From NCBI RefSeq assembly GCF_000143415.4, contig NW_003314437.1, positions 96,348 through 132,062 on the forward strand: DNA of 35,715 bases, read 5' to 3'. A program made the position numbers and the translations under genes. The stretch comes from Selaginella moellendorffii. Its lineage: Eukaryota > Plantae > Lycopodiophyta. Below, piece by piece: positions 1-11,845 of the stretch (the first letter of the stretch is position 1; each line of letters opens with the position of its first letter). The notes below the pieces were generated by a model. The model had not been told where the DNA came from and ran no database searches. It saw only the letters and a program-made list of their open reading frames with translations.

Positions 1-1040
1 TCATTTTGAAGGGAAGAAGATATATAAGTTGATTAAACACAATTTTTATTAGAGGAATATGAAGGTTGATATCTCTCGAGTATTATAAATCATGCGAGCT
101 TTATCAGTGAGTAAAGGTGCCACGGGAGAAGTCTAGCGGACTTTTGCAACCTTTACCTATTCCTCAGAGCCGTTGGTGTAGTACCTCTATGGACTTCATC
201 ACTTGTTTGCCACAAACATAGAGGCAAAAGGAGCAAGTATGAGTCATAGTGGATTAGTTGACGAAGTATGTGCAGTTGTTAGCTCTTTGGAAGACTGCCA
301 CTACCTTAGACTTAGCTACGGTCTACTTGGAGAAGGTTTTTTCTGATTTTGGTTTGCCAAAGGACATCATTAGTGCTTGAGATTCAAAGTTCATAAGTGG
401 ATTTTTGAAGAGTTTTGTGAAGGTTATGCAAGTGACTTTAAAACTCTCATGTGAAGATCATCCTTAGACGGATGGGCAAACTAAGTGTGTGAATCAGGTG
501 GTGGAGGATATACTATGTTGTGGCGTTAGTCAAAGGCAAGGACAGTGGGATTTATATCTTTTGTTGGTGCAATTTGCTTACAACAATAGCCAACACAGTG
601 GAACCAAGTTAAGTCTTTACTTTGCCATGTTTGGAATGCATCCCTGAACAACAGTGGAGTTGGGATTGCATTTGCATAAGGATGTTCAAGACAAGCTTGG
701 TTCAAAGGCAACTGACCTAGCCACAGAACTTAATGAGATTCTAGTGATGTGCAAATGGAATTTGTAGGTAGCTCAAGATAGAGCGGAGAAGTTTGTTAAT
801 GAGCATCGCCAATTCCGGGAATATAAGGTGGGTCATTTTGTCTTCATGCAAGTGATCTTTCCGTCAAATGAGCGGTGGAACACATTAGTGCCTTTATGGA
901 TAGGGAAGAGTGACAAACTTTCCCATTAATATGCTGGTTCATATGAAATGCTGGAATGCGTTCATAAAGCGGCTTATTGAGTGTGACTACCAACTAGGGT
1001 GAAAATTCATCCGGTATTTTATGTCAGCCAGTTAAAAGAT
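1..1040 (+). pseudogene. Degenerate Ty3/gypsy integrase (Zn-finger tail, rve core, GPY/F motif)
   Basis: Manual translation gives SMDFITCLP (~185-210), FGLPKDIISA*DSKFISGF, HP*TDGQTKCVNQVVEDIL (~460-515) and AGSYEMLE...AAY*V*LPTRVKIHPVFYVSQLK (~930-1037). These match gypsy integrase motifs, with many stops and frameshifts. Confidence 0.9.
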
Positions 1041-1173
1041 GTACTATCTCAGAGTGACAGGTCTAATGCCTCCTTGATGTATACAGCTATGGAAGATGGA
1101 CTAGGAGCTTGAGCAGGGTTCCCTAAAAAGGGTGATCACTAATACAACTCATCTTTGGGACAAAGACTTTATT

Positions 1174-1192
1174 GGGGGGCGGGGGGGAAGAA
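1174..1192 (+). other. Polypurine tract (PPT) of gypsy element
   Basis: ggggggcgggggggaagaa lies directly before TGTTAAG, downstream of the integrase. Confidence 0.8.
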
Positions 1193-1193
1193 T

Positions 1194-1693
1194 TGTTAAG
1201 TGCCAACTTTGACCATGTGGTCAACATTAGTCAAAGGGAGGCTTAAAGGTATATTAGGCATGTTAGGGTGAAGTACTTAACCTACCTTATGGCTCATAGT
1301 GGAGTGGTGGCATAGAGGAGCTTTTGAGGTAGCTCAGGGTGGTTGGGTGGTGAGGAACCTCAAGAGGTGGCATAGCATAGGCTAGAGAAACTAAATCATT
1401 GTTGTTTTGCACCGGATCATAATATTGATATTGGAGCCCAACTCAATTCTCATGGCTGACGAGTGGGGCAAAAATATTCTGAAGGAATATTCAATATGGT
1501 GGATCTAGAGGGAGAATTAAGGTTTGGTAGACCCTAAGAGAAGGACCATAGTGACCAGAGGGTGGCCTAAGTATGATCGTGGGCGATCATTCCCTAACAA
1601 GGGGAGGATTGTCAAGCACCAAGTCAGGATAATAGGATAAAGAAAGGGCCCTGCAATCAAGTGATCAAGAGTGTAAGGGATAGGATCCTAACA
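1194..1693 (+). mobile_element. 3' LTR (composite type, copy 1)
   Basis: Starts TGTTAAG and ends CCTAACA, follows the PPT, and is colinear with 25778-26300 along its whole length. Confidence 0.9.
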
Positions 1694-2229
1694 GTTTATG
1701 TCAGTGGGAAGTTTTTTTCCAAGGAGTCGGCTGAATATGATGTAATATCCACTCTAGTAGTCTTCACTATTTGCATATTCAAAAAATTCTCCTGATAGAG
1801 CTGGAAACATGCTGGCACTTTAAAGTTCGTGCATTACTGGAGTCTTGGTTCTAATTGAGATAATCAAGATAGTGAAACTAAAAAAATATTTAGTGAGCTA
1901 TTTGCAGAATGATAAGATCAGGGATTTTGAAAAGTTCTGTCGCTCAAATGTAAGCTTCTTTGTTTTCATTGTTGCAAAGTGCAAAGATCTGAGTCAATTT
2001 TTAAAAATTCAATTTGAGTCAGCTGAAAAAGAGGACAAGGAGCACAACAAGAAGCAATGATGAGAAACTATACAATTTGAAAGGATGGCACGTTCCACTA
2101 TTTATCAACCTTTTTTTCCATCTTCCCTCAAGCGTAGGATCATGGAAAATCTCTAATTCTGTGCAATACTCGTTGACATTTTCGTGCTGAAAACCATATC
2201 TTGCTGCAGGGGAACAGCTTGAAAAGCCT

Positions 2230-2450
2230 GACATAAACTTTAAACGGCTAGTATCCTTAAGACAACTCTATATTAAGGACAAGAAGCTTAAATCCTTGCC
2301 CAGCTCTGTAAGCTAAGAAGGTAAGTCTTTATGATTGATCATCCATTTATTTTCTATCCTAATCCTTTAGTGCTGTGAAGGGTATGAAACAATCTTCATC
2401 ACCTTCCTACAGCACTCTAGAATTTGAATATTGAGATGCTTTTCAGATAT
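2230..2450 (+). pseudogene. Leucine-rich-repeat gene fragment
   Basis: NFKRLVSLRQLYIKDKKLKSLPSSVS* and LPTAL*NLNI fit the LxxLxxLxL..LxxLP plant LRR pattern. Stops are present and the fragment runs into a gap. Confidence 0.5.
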
Positions 2451-2453
2451 CAC

Positions 2454-3159
2454 NNNNNNNNNNNNNNNNNNNNNNNNNNNNNNNNNNNNNNNNNNNNNNN
2501 NNNNNNNNNNNNNNNNNNNNNNNNNNNNNNNNNNNNNNNNNNNNNNNNNNNNNNNNNNNNNNNNNNNNNNNNNNNNNNNNNNNNNNNNNNNNNNNNNNNN
2601 NNNNNNNNNNNNNNNNNNNNNNNNNNNNNNNNNNNNNNNNNNNNNNNNNNNNNNNNNNNNNNNNNNNNNNNNNNNNNNNNNNNNNNNNNNNNNNNNNNNN
2701 NNNNNNNNNNNNNNNNNNNNNNNNNNNNNNNNNNNNNNNNNNNNNNNNNNNNNNNNNNNNNNNNNNNNNNNNNNNNNNNNNNNNNNNNNNNNNNNNNNNN
2801 NNNNNNNNNNNNNNNNNNNNNNNNNNNNNNNNNNNNNNNNNNNNNNNNNNNNNNNNNNNNNNNNNNNNNNNNNNNNNNNNNNNNNNNNNNNNNNNNNNNN
2901 NNNNNNNNNNNNNNNNNNNNNNNNNNNNNNNNNNNNNNNNNNNNNNNNNNNNNNNNNNNNNNNNNNNNNNNNNNNNNNNNNNNNNNNNNNNNNNNNNNNN
3001 NNNNNNNNNNNNNNNNNNNNNNNNNNNNNNNNNNNNNNNNNNNNNNNNNNNNNNNNNNNNNNNNNNNNNNNNNNNNNNNNNNNNNNNNNNNNNNNNNNNN
3101 NNNNNNNNNNNNNNNNNNNNNNNNNNNNNNNNNNNNNNNNNNNNNNNNNNNNNNNNNNN
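2454..3159. other. Assembly gap (others at 15658-15868, 19246-19345, 25344-25736, 26915-27014, 30814-31241)
   Basis: Runs of N. Confidence 1.
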
Positions 3160-3929
3160 CTTTCAGTAAATTTTGAGGCTATCAGCGATTGAAAACACTC
3201 TAGTGGCTACTTTGCTCTGCAATTAATGTGTCCTCTAATCAGAGCCCGATAGACGAGCTATGGTTAGCAAAGAAATGGCAAAGTGGTTTCTGTCTAGGCT
3301 TCATTGTTATGTCAATGGTTTTGCAGCAGTGTTTCGTCCAAAACATAATGTTAAGACAGGCGGATAATCATTATGAGCCTTGGAACTGCCTCTCACTGCT
3401 ACCTACACTCCGGTGCCTCGCTGCTCCTTGGAGTTGGAGTTGGCAACGAGCCGAACAATCTCACCACTGGCAACAGCGCACGTAGTTGGGGATGTGTTTG
3501 ATCTCTCTTATTGCCTTAAGATTTTCTTGCTTTGGATAATGAAGAGTGTGAGGAAGAGGCTAGCTTCCTGTATGTGCCTAAGTGTCCTATGAAGAAGTGG
3601 CATATTTGTGCACACAAGAGAGGTTATTTAAGCTTTCTTTATCTAAAACTTAAGCAGCAAGTTGGTGGAAGGAAATAGTATGTTCAAGGCGTGAATCCTG
3701 TATAGAATGGATGAGTGACATTGTAATATGCCCTCAATACGTTGCTTGAGAAGCAAGCAGAGCACAAGAGAGCAATTTTTCCCAATTGATCTTTCTCATT
3801 TTTTCCTTTCACTTCCTATTTTTTCTTTCTTAAAGCTATTAACATGTTTCCGTTTTGTAAGTGTCAGAATTATGTTTGCAATGTCTTGACCTTCAAAGTA
3901 TTTATTTCAATGAGGGTGAGGAAAGATCA

Positions 3930-4261
3930 CATTACAAAGAGGCCGTAAAAGCAAACTAACGGAATGGTTTAAACTAAACAAGACTGGGATGTTCCTGGAG
4001 AGAAATGCTTCAAAGAGTCGTTGACATTTCAGATGCCTACAAAAGTAAGGTATCTATTCAGTGTCATGTACTTTTTTTGCAAACTCATTGATCCCAAAAA
4101 AACTATGGGATAAATTCAAGGAAGGCATGTGTGAAGACCTAACACGAATTCACAACAACTATGAAACAGCAGTGCAACATGGATTGCATGAAATGTCCAT
4201 ATTACTCCAGGAACATGGCAAGAAACTTTCCAACTACAAATTACCAGACCCAGTATATTAA
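3930..4261 (+). mobile_element. Helitron RepHel fragment (Rep-helicase linker region)
   Basis: MPTKVRYLFS...PKKLWDKFKEGMCEDL...GLHEMSILLQEHGKKLSNYKLPDP resembles the Helitron P.LW..F...SED...L...GKSL.DF.LP linker. Confidence 0.75.
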
Positions 4262-5620
4262 ACAACAATCGAAACAAGCTGTGTATATTTTTTAAGAGGC
4301 TAGCCATAAAGAAAAAACAAAACTCGCCCTCCCATTAGTCCATGTGTCACCTATATCATCGTATTCCTCACAAACCCTAGCAATTCCAGCTGCAAGATGG
4401 TACCAAATTCAACTGAGAAGTATTTGGATGTCAATTCTAATCTAAAAGACGAAATAAAACATTCTAATACTTCCTCTGGCGAGATTAACACCATCTCGGA
4501 AATTCAGCGAGGTTATACATCAGGTTAGATTTGGATTCTATGTTCCGTTTGTGAGGACATGCTCGCCAAGAATATGTTGAGGCATTTGCCAAAGACCTCC
4601 TGGGCTTCTTCAAGCCGGGATCTCTTTGAGTATTCCATATCAATCTTTTCGTCCCTCCAATAACCGATCAAATAGCCTCTGGAGCTTATTGCATAAATCC
4701 GACCTACGCATACTTTATTGTCTAGTTTACAGCATTGTGCTGAGACGGGCATGCTCTGAATGAGCTCTCTAGCTTGTAGGTAGTCCTTCAATGCTTTCTC
4801 TCGATAAAGAGATTATCTATTCAGTGACCAAGACGAGGAGGACATGACATGACTCATGCCCTCGAGTTGAGAGTGGCCATCATCGGCCTGCTGATGCTGT
4901 GGATTGTGGTCGCTCTCGTTGCTGGTTTGTAAGAACCTCACCTGGATAAACTTCCGACTCGATCAATCACAGGCGAGATTCCATAATAAGTGACTCTCGT
5001 TTGCTGTTTGTGCTGGTCCTTCGGCACCTCACAAGCGGTAGCAGGAGAAGCTAAAGGAAGCAGGCCGAAGAAAAGAAAGTCACTCACCATGTCGAGCTAT
5101 CCCTTTCCACCTGGGTGAGTTCTGTTGCTTCTTCGTCTTTGTCGCCTTGTGCTAGAGAAGAAGCAAATCTGTGAGTGATGATTTCCCGTTTCATTCTTGC
5201 AATGGAGAGTCTAGACTCAACACTGAGTTGTGAGCAAAGCCTTGGGAGCAAACATTATGTTGAGGAGATGATCCAGAAGAAGCTTCTCAGCTTTCCACTA
5301 TTGAATTTGACAGGTACTTATCTGCTCTCTGCTCTTTGTTTCATTTTTCTGGTTGATGAATGCTTGCTAGCACTCACAAAGCGGCAGAAAGTGGGCGATG
5401 ATTCATACCAGGCTACTATCAAGATGAAAACGGAGGAGATGCTAGCAGTTCTGGAGTCTCTGAGGCTTGCTACGGATTGGAAGGTTGAGGATGAAAGCCA
5501 GGAGGATTTCCTTTTTAAGGGTTTTCATGTCTGGCTGTATGGCTGCCACATCATCAAAATTCCATGTATATTCTATAAAAAAGAATATACTTTTGATATA
5601 CCTTATAAAATGTATAAATA

Positions 5621-6925
5621 CTAGAAAGGAATCTAGCTCCACTGGAATATTGTCACATTGGTGACATGAATTTCTGTATACAATGTTTTCCATATAGACA
5701 TTATGGTTCTGGAGCACACCTTGTCCCTCGCATTGTTCGATGGACATTGTAATTTGTTTCTTTGATGAGCAACCGTGGCCAAAAACTGGTCTTAACAAAT
5801 AGATACCCATATTCTGTAATGTTTGTCCCTAAGATTTTGCAAGCTGTTATGGAAAACACAAGCCTTATTGGGATTGTTGTTATTTGAAGATAAACGGTCA
5901 GTTTGTTTTAAAGAGATTCTTGGTAGGACTTTTTTTCCTTTCATACCATAGTGCCTTGGTTATAATTAGTTTAGTGCCATTACAAAGGCCTTTTTAGTGT
6001 CAATGTTGCATAATGCATCTGATTGTTCTGTGTATCTTGTGTGAAGGCATTCCAGATGGTGTTACTAAGTTTAAGAATTCTATAGGGTAATCCAACATCT
6101 CTTTGTCCAAATCTGTTTTTATGATGTCAATGCTTCTGTATGTTATTGTTCTGCCAGTCATTCTCAAAAGGACTTGGTCATTCACTTGTAGAGAGAGATC
6201 ATTTAAAGTCATGAGAATAGCTTTCTCCAATGGGTTGTATGTGTTTTCCAAACACATTTTCTATCATTTGTTCTCTAGTGGTGAAAGTTAGAGGTAATTT
6301 TATAACTTCCTAGTTGAATCCTTGGAGGCTAGGTAGGTTATCATTTTTGAGCCTCACAAGTCATCTGGACCATTCCTTTTCTTCAGAGTTCACCTCATGT
6401 TTAATGATTACAAGATATTGGTGAGGATTTCACACTGTTTTGGACCATTTTTATGTGATGGGCTCTTTTTAAAACAGGTAATGTCAGTCTGAAATCTACT
6501 CCTGTTACTAATGTGATGCCACCAAAATCTGTATCACAGTTTGTTATGTCATGCAAGACCCTTTAAAAGCATGAATTGGTTGCTTATCTTGTCCCTTATG
6601 AGCAGTTCAACTCTCCTTATGACCTCGGGAGGTGCTGAATTTTCTCGCAGGTCCAAGTGCATGTTTCTGTGATTGGTACCAGTAGCTTAAATGTTGAATG
6701 AGCCATTCGACCTCCTATAAAAAGAGTACTCTGTCCACTTGACTACTAAGACTTTTATGTGATAGGCAGTGGCATATTTTATCAGTGTGCTAAAAAGATA
6801 TGATTTCCCTGTGCCTCCGACTCCATCAACAAAGAATAATCTTTTTATTTATTTTTTGTTCTGTATGTCATTCAAGACATTGTTAAAAATGTGAAGCTGT
6901 TCTATGTTCAGTCTGGTTTTAGTAA
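5621..6925 (-). mobile_element. Helitron 3' part: degenerate PIF1-like helicase plus 3' terminus
   Basis: Walker A LFFVDGVGGTGKS (~6802-6840), YPIEFLNLVTPSGMPSH, GLCNGT, GIYLLRPVFGHG and C-terminal NIVY. These are followed by a decayed hairpin and CTAG|T at 5624-5621. Confidence 0.88.
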
Positions 6926-7755
6926 TTCAGCTTCATCAGGAAAGCATGGCTGAGGTAACCTTATCTGCGTATCATGTATCAATGTAACTTGAGAAAGAGA
7001 GAAGTTGGCTGTGGTGGCTCTCTGAGATTTAGCTGCAGCTTCTACTTTTGCTGGCCTTTCAGACACTTTGGACGGATGTTAGTGAAGACTAATAAGGTAC
7101 ATCCAAAATTCGATAAATTGTACTTTGGAAGGGCTTGAATTTCGCTCGTTTGTTCCCGAGTATTTTCTTTGTCAACTTAGGAACACACAGGGTATCAAAA
7201 TGGTCGCTTTGGAGATATGTTTGCCTAGGGTACGTCATCTGTTTGAAATCCAGGCCCTAGAATTTTGTGATACCCCCATGTAAAAAAGTAAATGTAGACT
7301 TAGAAAAAGTGCTGAACAAGCAAATTACAAGTGTAAATTAGCAGCAAATTAATAAATTACAATTCAAGTCCAGTAAATTAGCAACCAGTCGACTGGTAGA
7401 CAAAAATGACGTGGCATTGGCGACACTTTAGTTGGCAAATTTTGGTCCCAAGCTATCAACTTGAACAATAGTTGAAAGGAAGCATTAGACCTTAATTTGC
7501 AGCTGCTGAGTTTACTGCAGCCATTGAACTGCAGCAAAACATATGTAAAACATAAACTAGCACCAGCTAACAAAAAGCAAACTTTACCTGTGCATCTGCA
7601 AGTCGTATTGCTTCTAAACTGTTTCGTGCTACATGAGATTTTAAACCCCAGACCACAGCGTTCTCATATATGTATTCTCAAGCACAAATTTTAAAAAATT
7701 ATTTATCACCTTCTGGTCATTGTGAGATTTTAAAATCTTGTAAAGAATACATGAT

Positions 7756-9164
7756 TTAATATTTGGGATCTGTTCCAAGGTTATTGACCCATTCCTGCTC
7801 AATTTCTAATTGGAATTCGAAAGGTATATCATTTTTCAAGCGAGCATATACCATGTAAGCATACGCGTTGAAGAGCCACTTATCAAACCCAATTTTACTG
7901 AAGATGGAGGTGTCTTTCAAGTTAAAAACAAGTGGCCAACTTGTTCTTGCGGGATCAAAAGTGGTTTGACGTGTTAAATATGCAGCGGCCAATGGGGGAA
8001 GTTCCCAGTACGTGTCAAGTATGGACTCGAGGAGATGAAAGTTCTTCACATGTTGCTCGTAAGAGATGGGAGCATTGGTTTTCCCAAAGTCGTCGTAAGC
8101 ACGACCTTGCTTTCCCCACCATGCTCCTCCTTGACTGCAGAGATCTGATATGTTTACTGCATTTTCCCACATTTTCTTCCTCAAATTTCTGGTTTCAGCT
8201 TCCTGACTGTTTGTGGAGCAAGTGTGTCCTCCCCCTAGCGGTTGTAAAAGGAAAATGATTTCGAAACAGGAACTATGCAAACATACCATTGCTTACTTGG
8301 TCACAAACTTGTCGGAGTGAATATTGATCACCATGTCCAGTGTCACAATTGTCATTAAACACTAAATGTTTAAATCCTGCCCGGCTTGCCTGGCTCATTC
8401 TGAAGAAACAACTAAATATCCATCAGTTTCTATTACAAAGCACTGGGAAAAGATTAAAACCTTTTGAGATGATTTTGGTGGTCATCAAAAAACACTAGAA
8501 TTTTGCTCCTATCAGCATCTTGCCGAAGGTGTCTATCCCAACGTACATATCCAAAATCCACAAATTTCTCTCCGGTAAGGTACTCGCAGTTGGAGTCAAC
8601 ATATGCTCCAAGGCCATCTTCTAAATGTGACAAAGGGTATTTGGGACTAATTGAAATAATTCTCGCGTCAGGCATTGCTTGGCGTAAAACCCAAGTTGTG
8701 TGACCCCTCAGACCACCACTCTCGATAATAATCTGTGGTTCAAGTTGACGAGCCACAAACCAAAGTCCAAAAGAGTGATCTAGCCTCATTCCAAGCACAT
8801 TTTTCTTGATAGGTCTTTTGCTATAAGTTGACAGAAACTCGTGGAGTCCTGCGAGAAGGTGGGCTTCGCCCCACTCGACTTGTTTGGTGGAACTGTCAAG
8901 AATCAAATGATCAATTTTTAGGGACATTTGATAACTAATGCAGAACAATTACTTGCAATGAGGTACACCGAGAAACCCAAACTCGTCGGTAGATTCGGCA
9001 AGTGGATGAAGAAAAGGATGGTGCCCAGGATACAAGTAATAGAATTTACTCGTCCAGGAATCCACGTATTTCCACTCCAGAATCCACTCTGAAAAGAGCA
9101 TTATTATGCAGCCTAGAAGCAGCCCCCAGAGACATAGTAATCCCGATTTTGTTCTCATTCCCAT
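7756..9164 (-). CDS. Intact 4-exon conserved plant protein, N-terminal TM anchor, putative class I SAM-dependent methyltransferase-like fold (411 aa)
   Basis: Exons 9164-8953, 8892-8461, 8399-8287 and 8234-7756 total 1236 nt in frame, with GT-AG introns of 60, 61 and 52 nt. The protein has a hydrophobic N-terminus and the motifs RPIKKN..GM..DHSFGLWF, IIESGGLRGHTTW, VFFDDHQ, YWELPP and FDPART. Confidence 0.85.
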
Positions 9165-10509
9165 GAAAAGCTAGTTAAAAGCGGACATTAGAAATATTTG
9201 GAAACGGAAAGCATGGAAAAAGAGGTTAGGGATTTGTAGAGTCTTTCCAAATGCCAAATCACGTTGACGTTAAGGAAAAGATGGACAAAAAAACGTTTTC
9301 ATTCCCAAAGCTTCCGCTCTCCCAAAGCAAGACACATGAAGTCAGAAACCTACAGAACACTAAAGATGCTGAAGATATAGAATATAAATGACTGCTCGAC
9401 CACATCTAAACCCTGAGAAGCATTTCAAACGTCTATCTTGCAACTGTACCTTCTGTTGTTTTCCAGCTCTACATATTATAATCTGTGATAGATGTTCTGC
9501 TGTTCATCGAAGCATGGGAGCCTCTGCATGAAGGTGAAAGAAAATGACTCTCTTTCCAGATTTTGCCATCAAATTCCACCGACTGGATTGGTGGAATTTG
9601 GAAATACAGCCGCAAGTGCTGCGTACGAGGCCTTTGTTCCTTGCACGTGCAAAAGACCTATGCCCGGATTCATGAAATCAAGAGAGAACAAGCTTCTTTC
9701 GTATTCGGGATACTTTTCTTCAGAAGCAAGAATTTGTACAGCCATCTGTGCGTTTATAGTGAAGGCAAGATGATTCTTCCGCTCTTTTAGTCATGAAATT
9801 TGATACGAAACAGGATCTCCTTCTTATCCATCACATTGAGAAAGTTATTGCAAATCCTCAGCCCTTGGTCCAAAGTCTGCCTGGTCTGCTGTACTGAAGT
9901 GGGAGAAGATGAGCCAAGGCAAAATGTTTGCTGAAGATTTCCAGTACCAGCAGGGTAACAACTTGTTTGAGCTGATGATGCTGCAAGTGCTACTTGCGTT
10001 GAGGAGCTCACGTTCACTTTTGTGAGCGGTCCAGCATCGGCATCTCAGACCGAGATTGCAGCTAGGGAGAATGCTGGAGCCTATGGGGTCATTTTGAGAT
10101 CATTCCATCATCTATGATGATAAGATGACGGTCATATGATTATCAAGCATCAGTGGCTATTTCCGCCTTGCTTTTCGTTCCATAAGAAAAAAAACTTTTA
10201 AAAGATTTGTTTTCTCTGTTACGCTTTTGTGATTTACTTATTTTTGTGATTCTTTGTGACAAATTACTACTTACAAAGAATACTCAAACCAGTGTGGTGT
10301 GGTGGCGGTGAGTGAGTGAGTAGTAATTTATACAATTGTCCTGATTCTGTGAGAAAAACTAAAAGTACTCTAGAGGTTCACATACTAACTAACATGTTAC
10401 GACATGTCAACCTCAAATCAATCTATAGTTTGAGCAGCATTAGTTTGGAACATGCAAACACCTGCGTGATCCTCTTACCAATTCGAAACATTATTTACAT
10501 AGTCTGTGT

Positions 10510-10697
10510 GACATGAGAATGTCTCACACTTCTGCACAAAGTGTTGGAGCAATTCAACACCACTCTTCAGTCACAACTCTAGCAAGTTCTTCAGCAACAA
10601 TAGTAGCCCCTTCCTTTAGGCCAAAGATTAGTATGCCAGCAAAATTTGATGGTATGTAATGTGAAGTCTGTGGCTTCCTCAACTAAGTTAGGTTTTG
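10510..10697 (+). pseudogene. Ty3/gypsy Gag fragment interrupted by an LTR insertion
   Basis: 10621-10695 reads PKISMPAKFDGM*CEVCGFLN*VRF, matching the retrotransposon Gag motif PKISLP.KFDG...RGF.NQ. The 5' boundary is approximate. Confidence 0.65.
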
Positions 10698-10913
10698 TGT
10701 TAGTTACGAGCTTTGATCATGTAGTCAATGTAAGGTAAGTTCAAGGGTATATTAAAAATAGACTTAGGGTAAAGAATTTAACCTACCCTAAGGGCTCACA
10801 ACTTTTGAGGTAGCTTAAAGATGGTTGAGTGGTTAAAAACCTCAAGAGAAGGCATAACATAGTTTAGGTGAGGCTGATTCTCTATCTTTGTTATTTTGCA
10901 CTGGCTTATAACA
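10698..10913 (+). mobile_element. Short simple LTR (copy 3; homologous to module A of the composite LTRs)
   Basis: Runs TGTTAG...TATAACA and aligns with 25778-26010 (ttaacctaccct, ttttgaggtagct, aacctcaagag). It is followed by PBS-like tggtattagag at 10915 and an ATG GCC start at 10938. Confidence 0.8.
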
Positions 10914-11231
10914 TTGGTATTAGAGGAGTTGGTTGTGATGGCCAACCAAAATGAATGCCAGAATCCTAATGTCAATAGTGGTGCTGATGGCAGTGTTGAT
11001 GGAGTTGGTGAGGTTTGGACTATCCGTAATGTTGTTTATAAGCTACAAGTCTTCAACAAAAATCAACAAGAGATGCAAGAGGATGCTTTAAGTAAGACTT
11101 CCTTAGTGGATCAAACTCAAGATTTCAACTTTTTCCATTGATGGTGAGTGCATGGCTTAGCTAGCCAATGTGAAAAAGTTCTTAGGTGCCAAATTGTAAG
11201 CAACAAAAGAAAATGACTTGAGAGACAATCC

Positions 11232-11445
11232 GTAAGGGTTCAAATATATATAAAAAGGCCCATAAACAAAAGTGCACCCTCTTTTTCAATTGGTTAAGGG
11301 TCTTGGAATATTTGGGGTTAAATGTTTTTACTTACGTAGTTGAAATTGACATTTGGTAGTCCAGTTTGCTTTGGTTGGGTTCAACCCAAGGTGTAGGGTA
11401 TCAAAAGAGCAAAATTCTCAAGAGAGCTACAACTTTTAGCTTCCA
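11232..11445. mobile_element. Possible DNA-transposon/MITE terminal fragment
   Basis: Contains gggtatcaaaa (also at ~7190) and gagctacaactttta, which resemble plant DNA-transposon subterminal motifs. It abuts the Helitron end at 11446. No TIR partner was found. Confidence 0.25.
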
Positions 11446-11472
11446 CTAGCAGGGATCCCAGCTCTGCTGGGA
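11446..11472 (-). mobile_element. Helitron 3' terminus (hairpin + CTAG|T)
   Basis: Minus strand reads tcccagc-aga-gctggga tccctg CTAG then T, the canonical Helitron 3' end. Confidence 0.85.
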
Positions 11473-11845
11473 GTAATAGAGAATATTTTTAATTTATAAA
11501 AATGTAGTTGTAATTGTAATTTTTCAGTCTATTTCTTTTTTTTTTTTGCTTTCTCTTGGCATGTTTATTTTATAGGTTGCTACTGAGACTTACAGCTTTG
11601 ATTCCAATTTGTGTATTCTATAGCTTTATCAGGTTTGCAAGTCCTTCATTCACCTCTGTTTTGCAGCCTTTTAAATGCTACACAGCACCAGTCCAGTCTC
11701 CTGCTGGTCTTATTGCTCTCTACATGATGACCACTCGAGGTATGTGGTCTTTTCCTTGACGTGATCGCTCGATTCCTCATCATTTAGTTTATAAAGTTTT
11801 TCGGTAGTGCTTCTTTTTTCATTGAGCAATTTCTTTGAAGCTGAG

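Noticed and set aside
2424-3192. Long ORFs spanning N runs (also ~15400-16090, 19066-19493, 25255-25851, 26715-27147, 30774-31300)
   Set aside because: Artefacts of assembly gaps translated as X.
4525-4791. PPR-like fragment (DMEYSK..LEEAQEVF)
   Set aside because: Only a partial single-motif resemblance, too weak to call.
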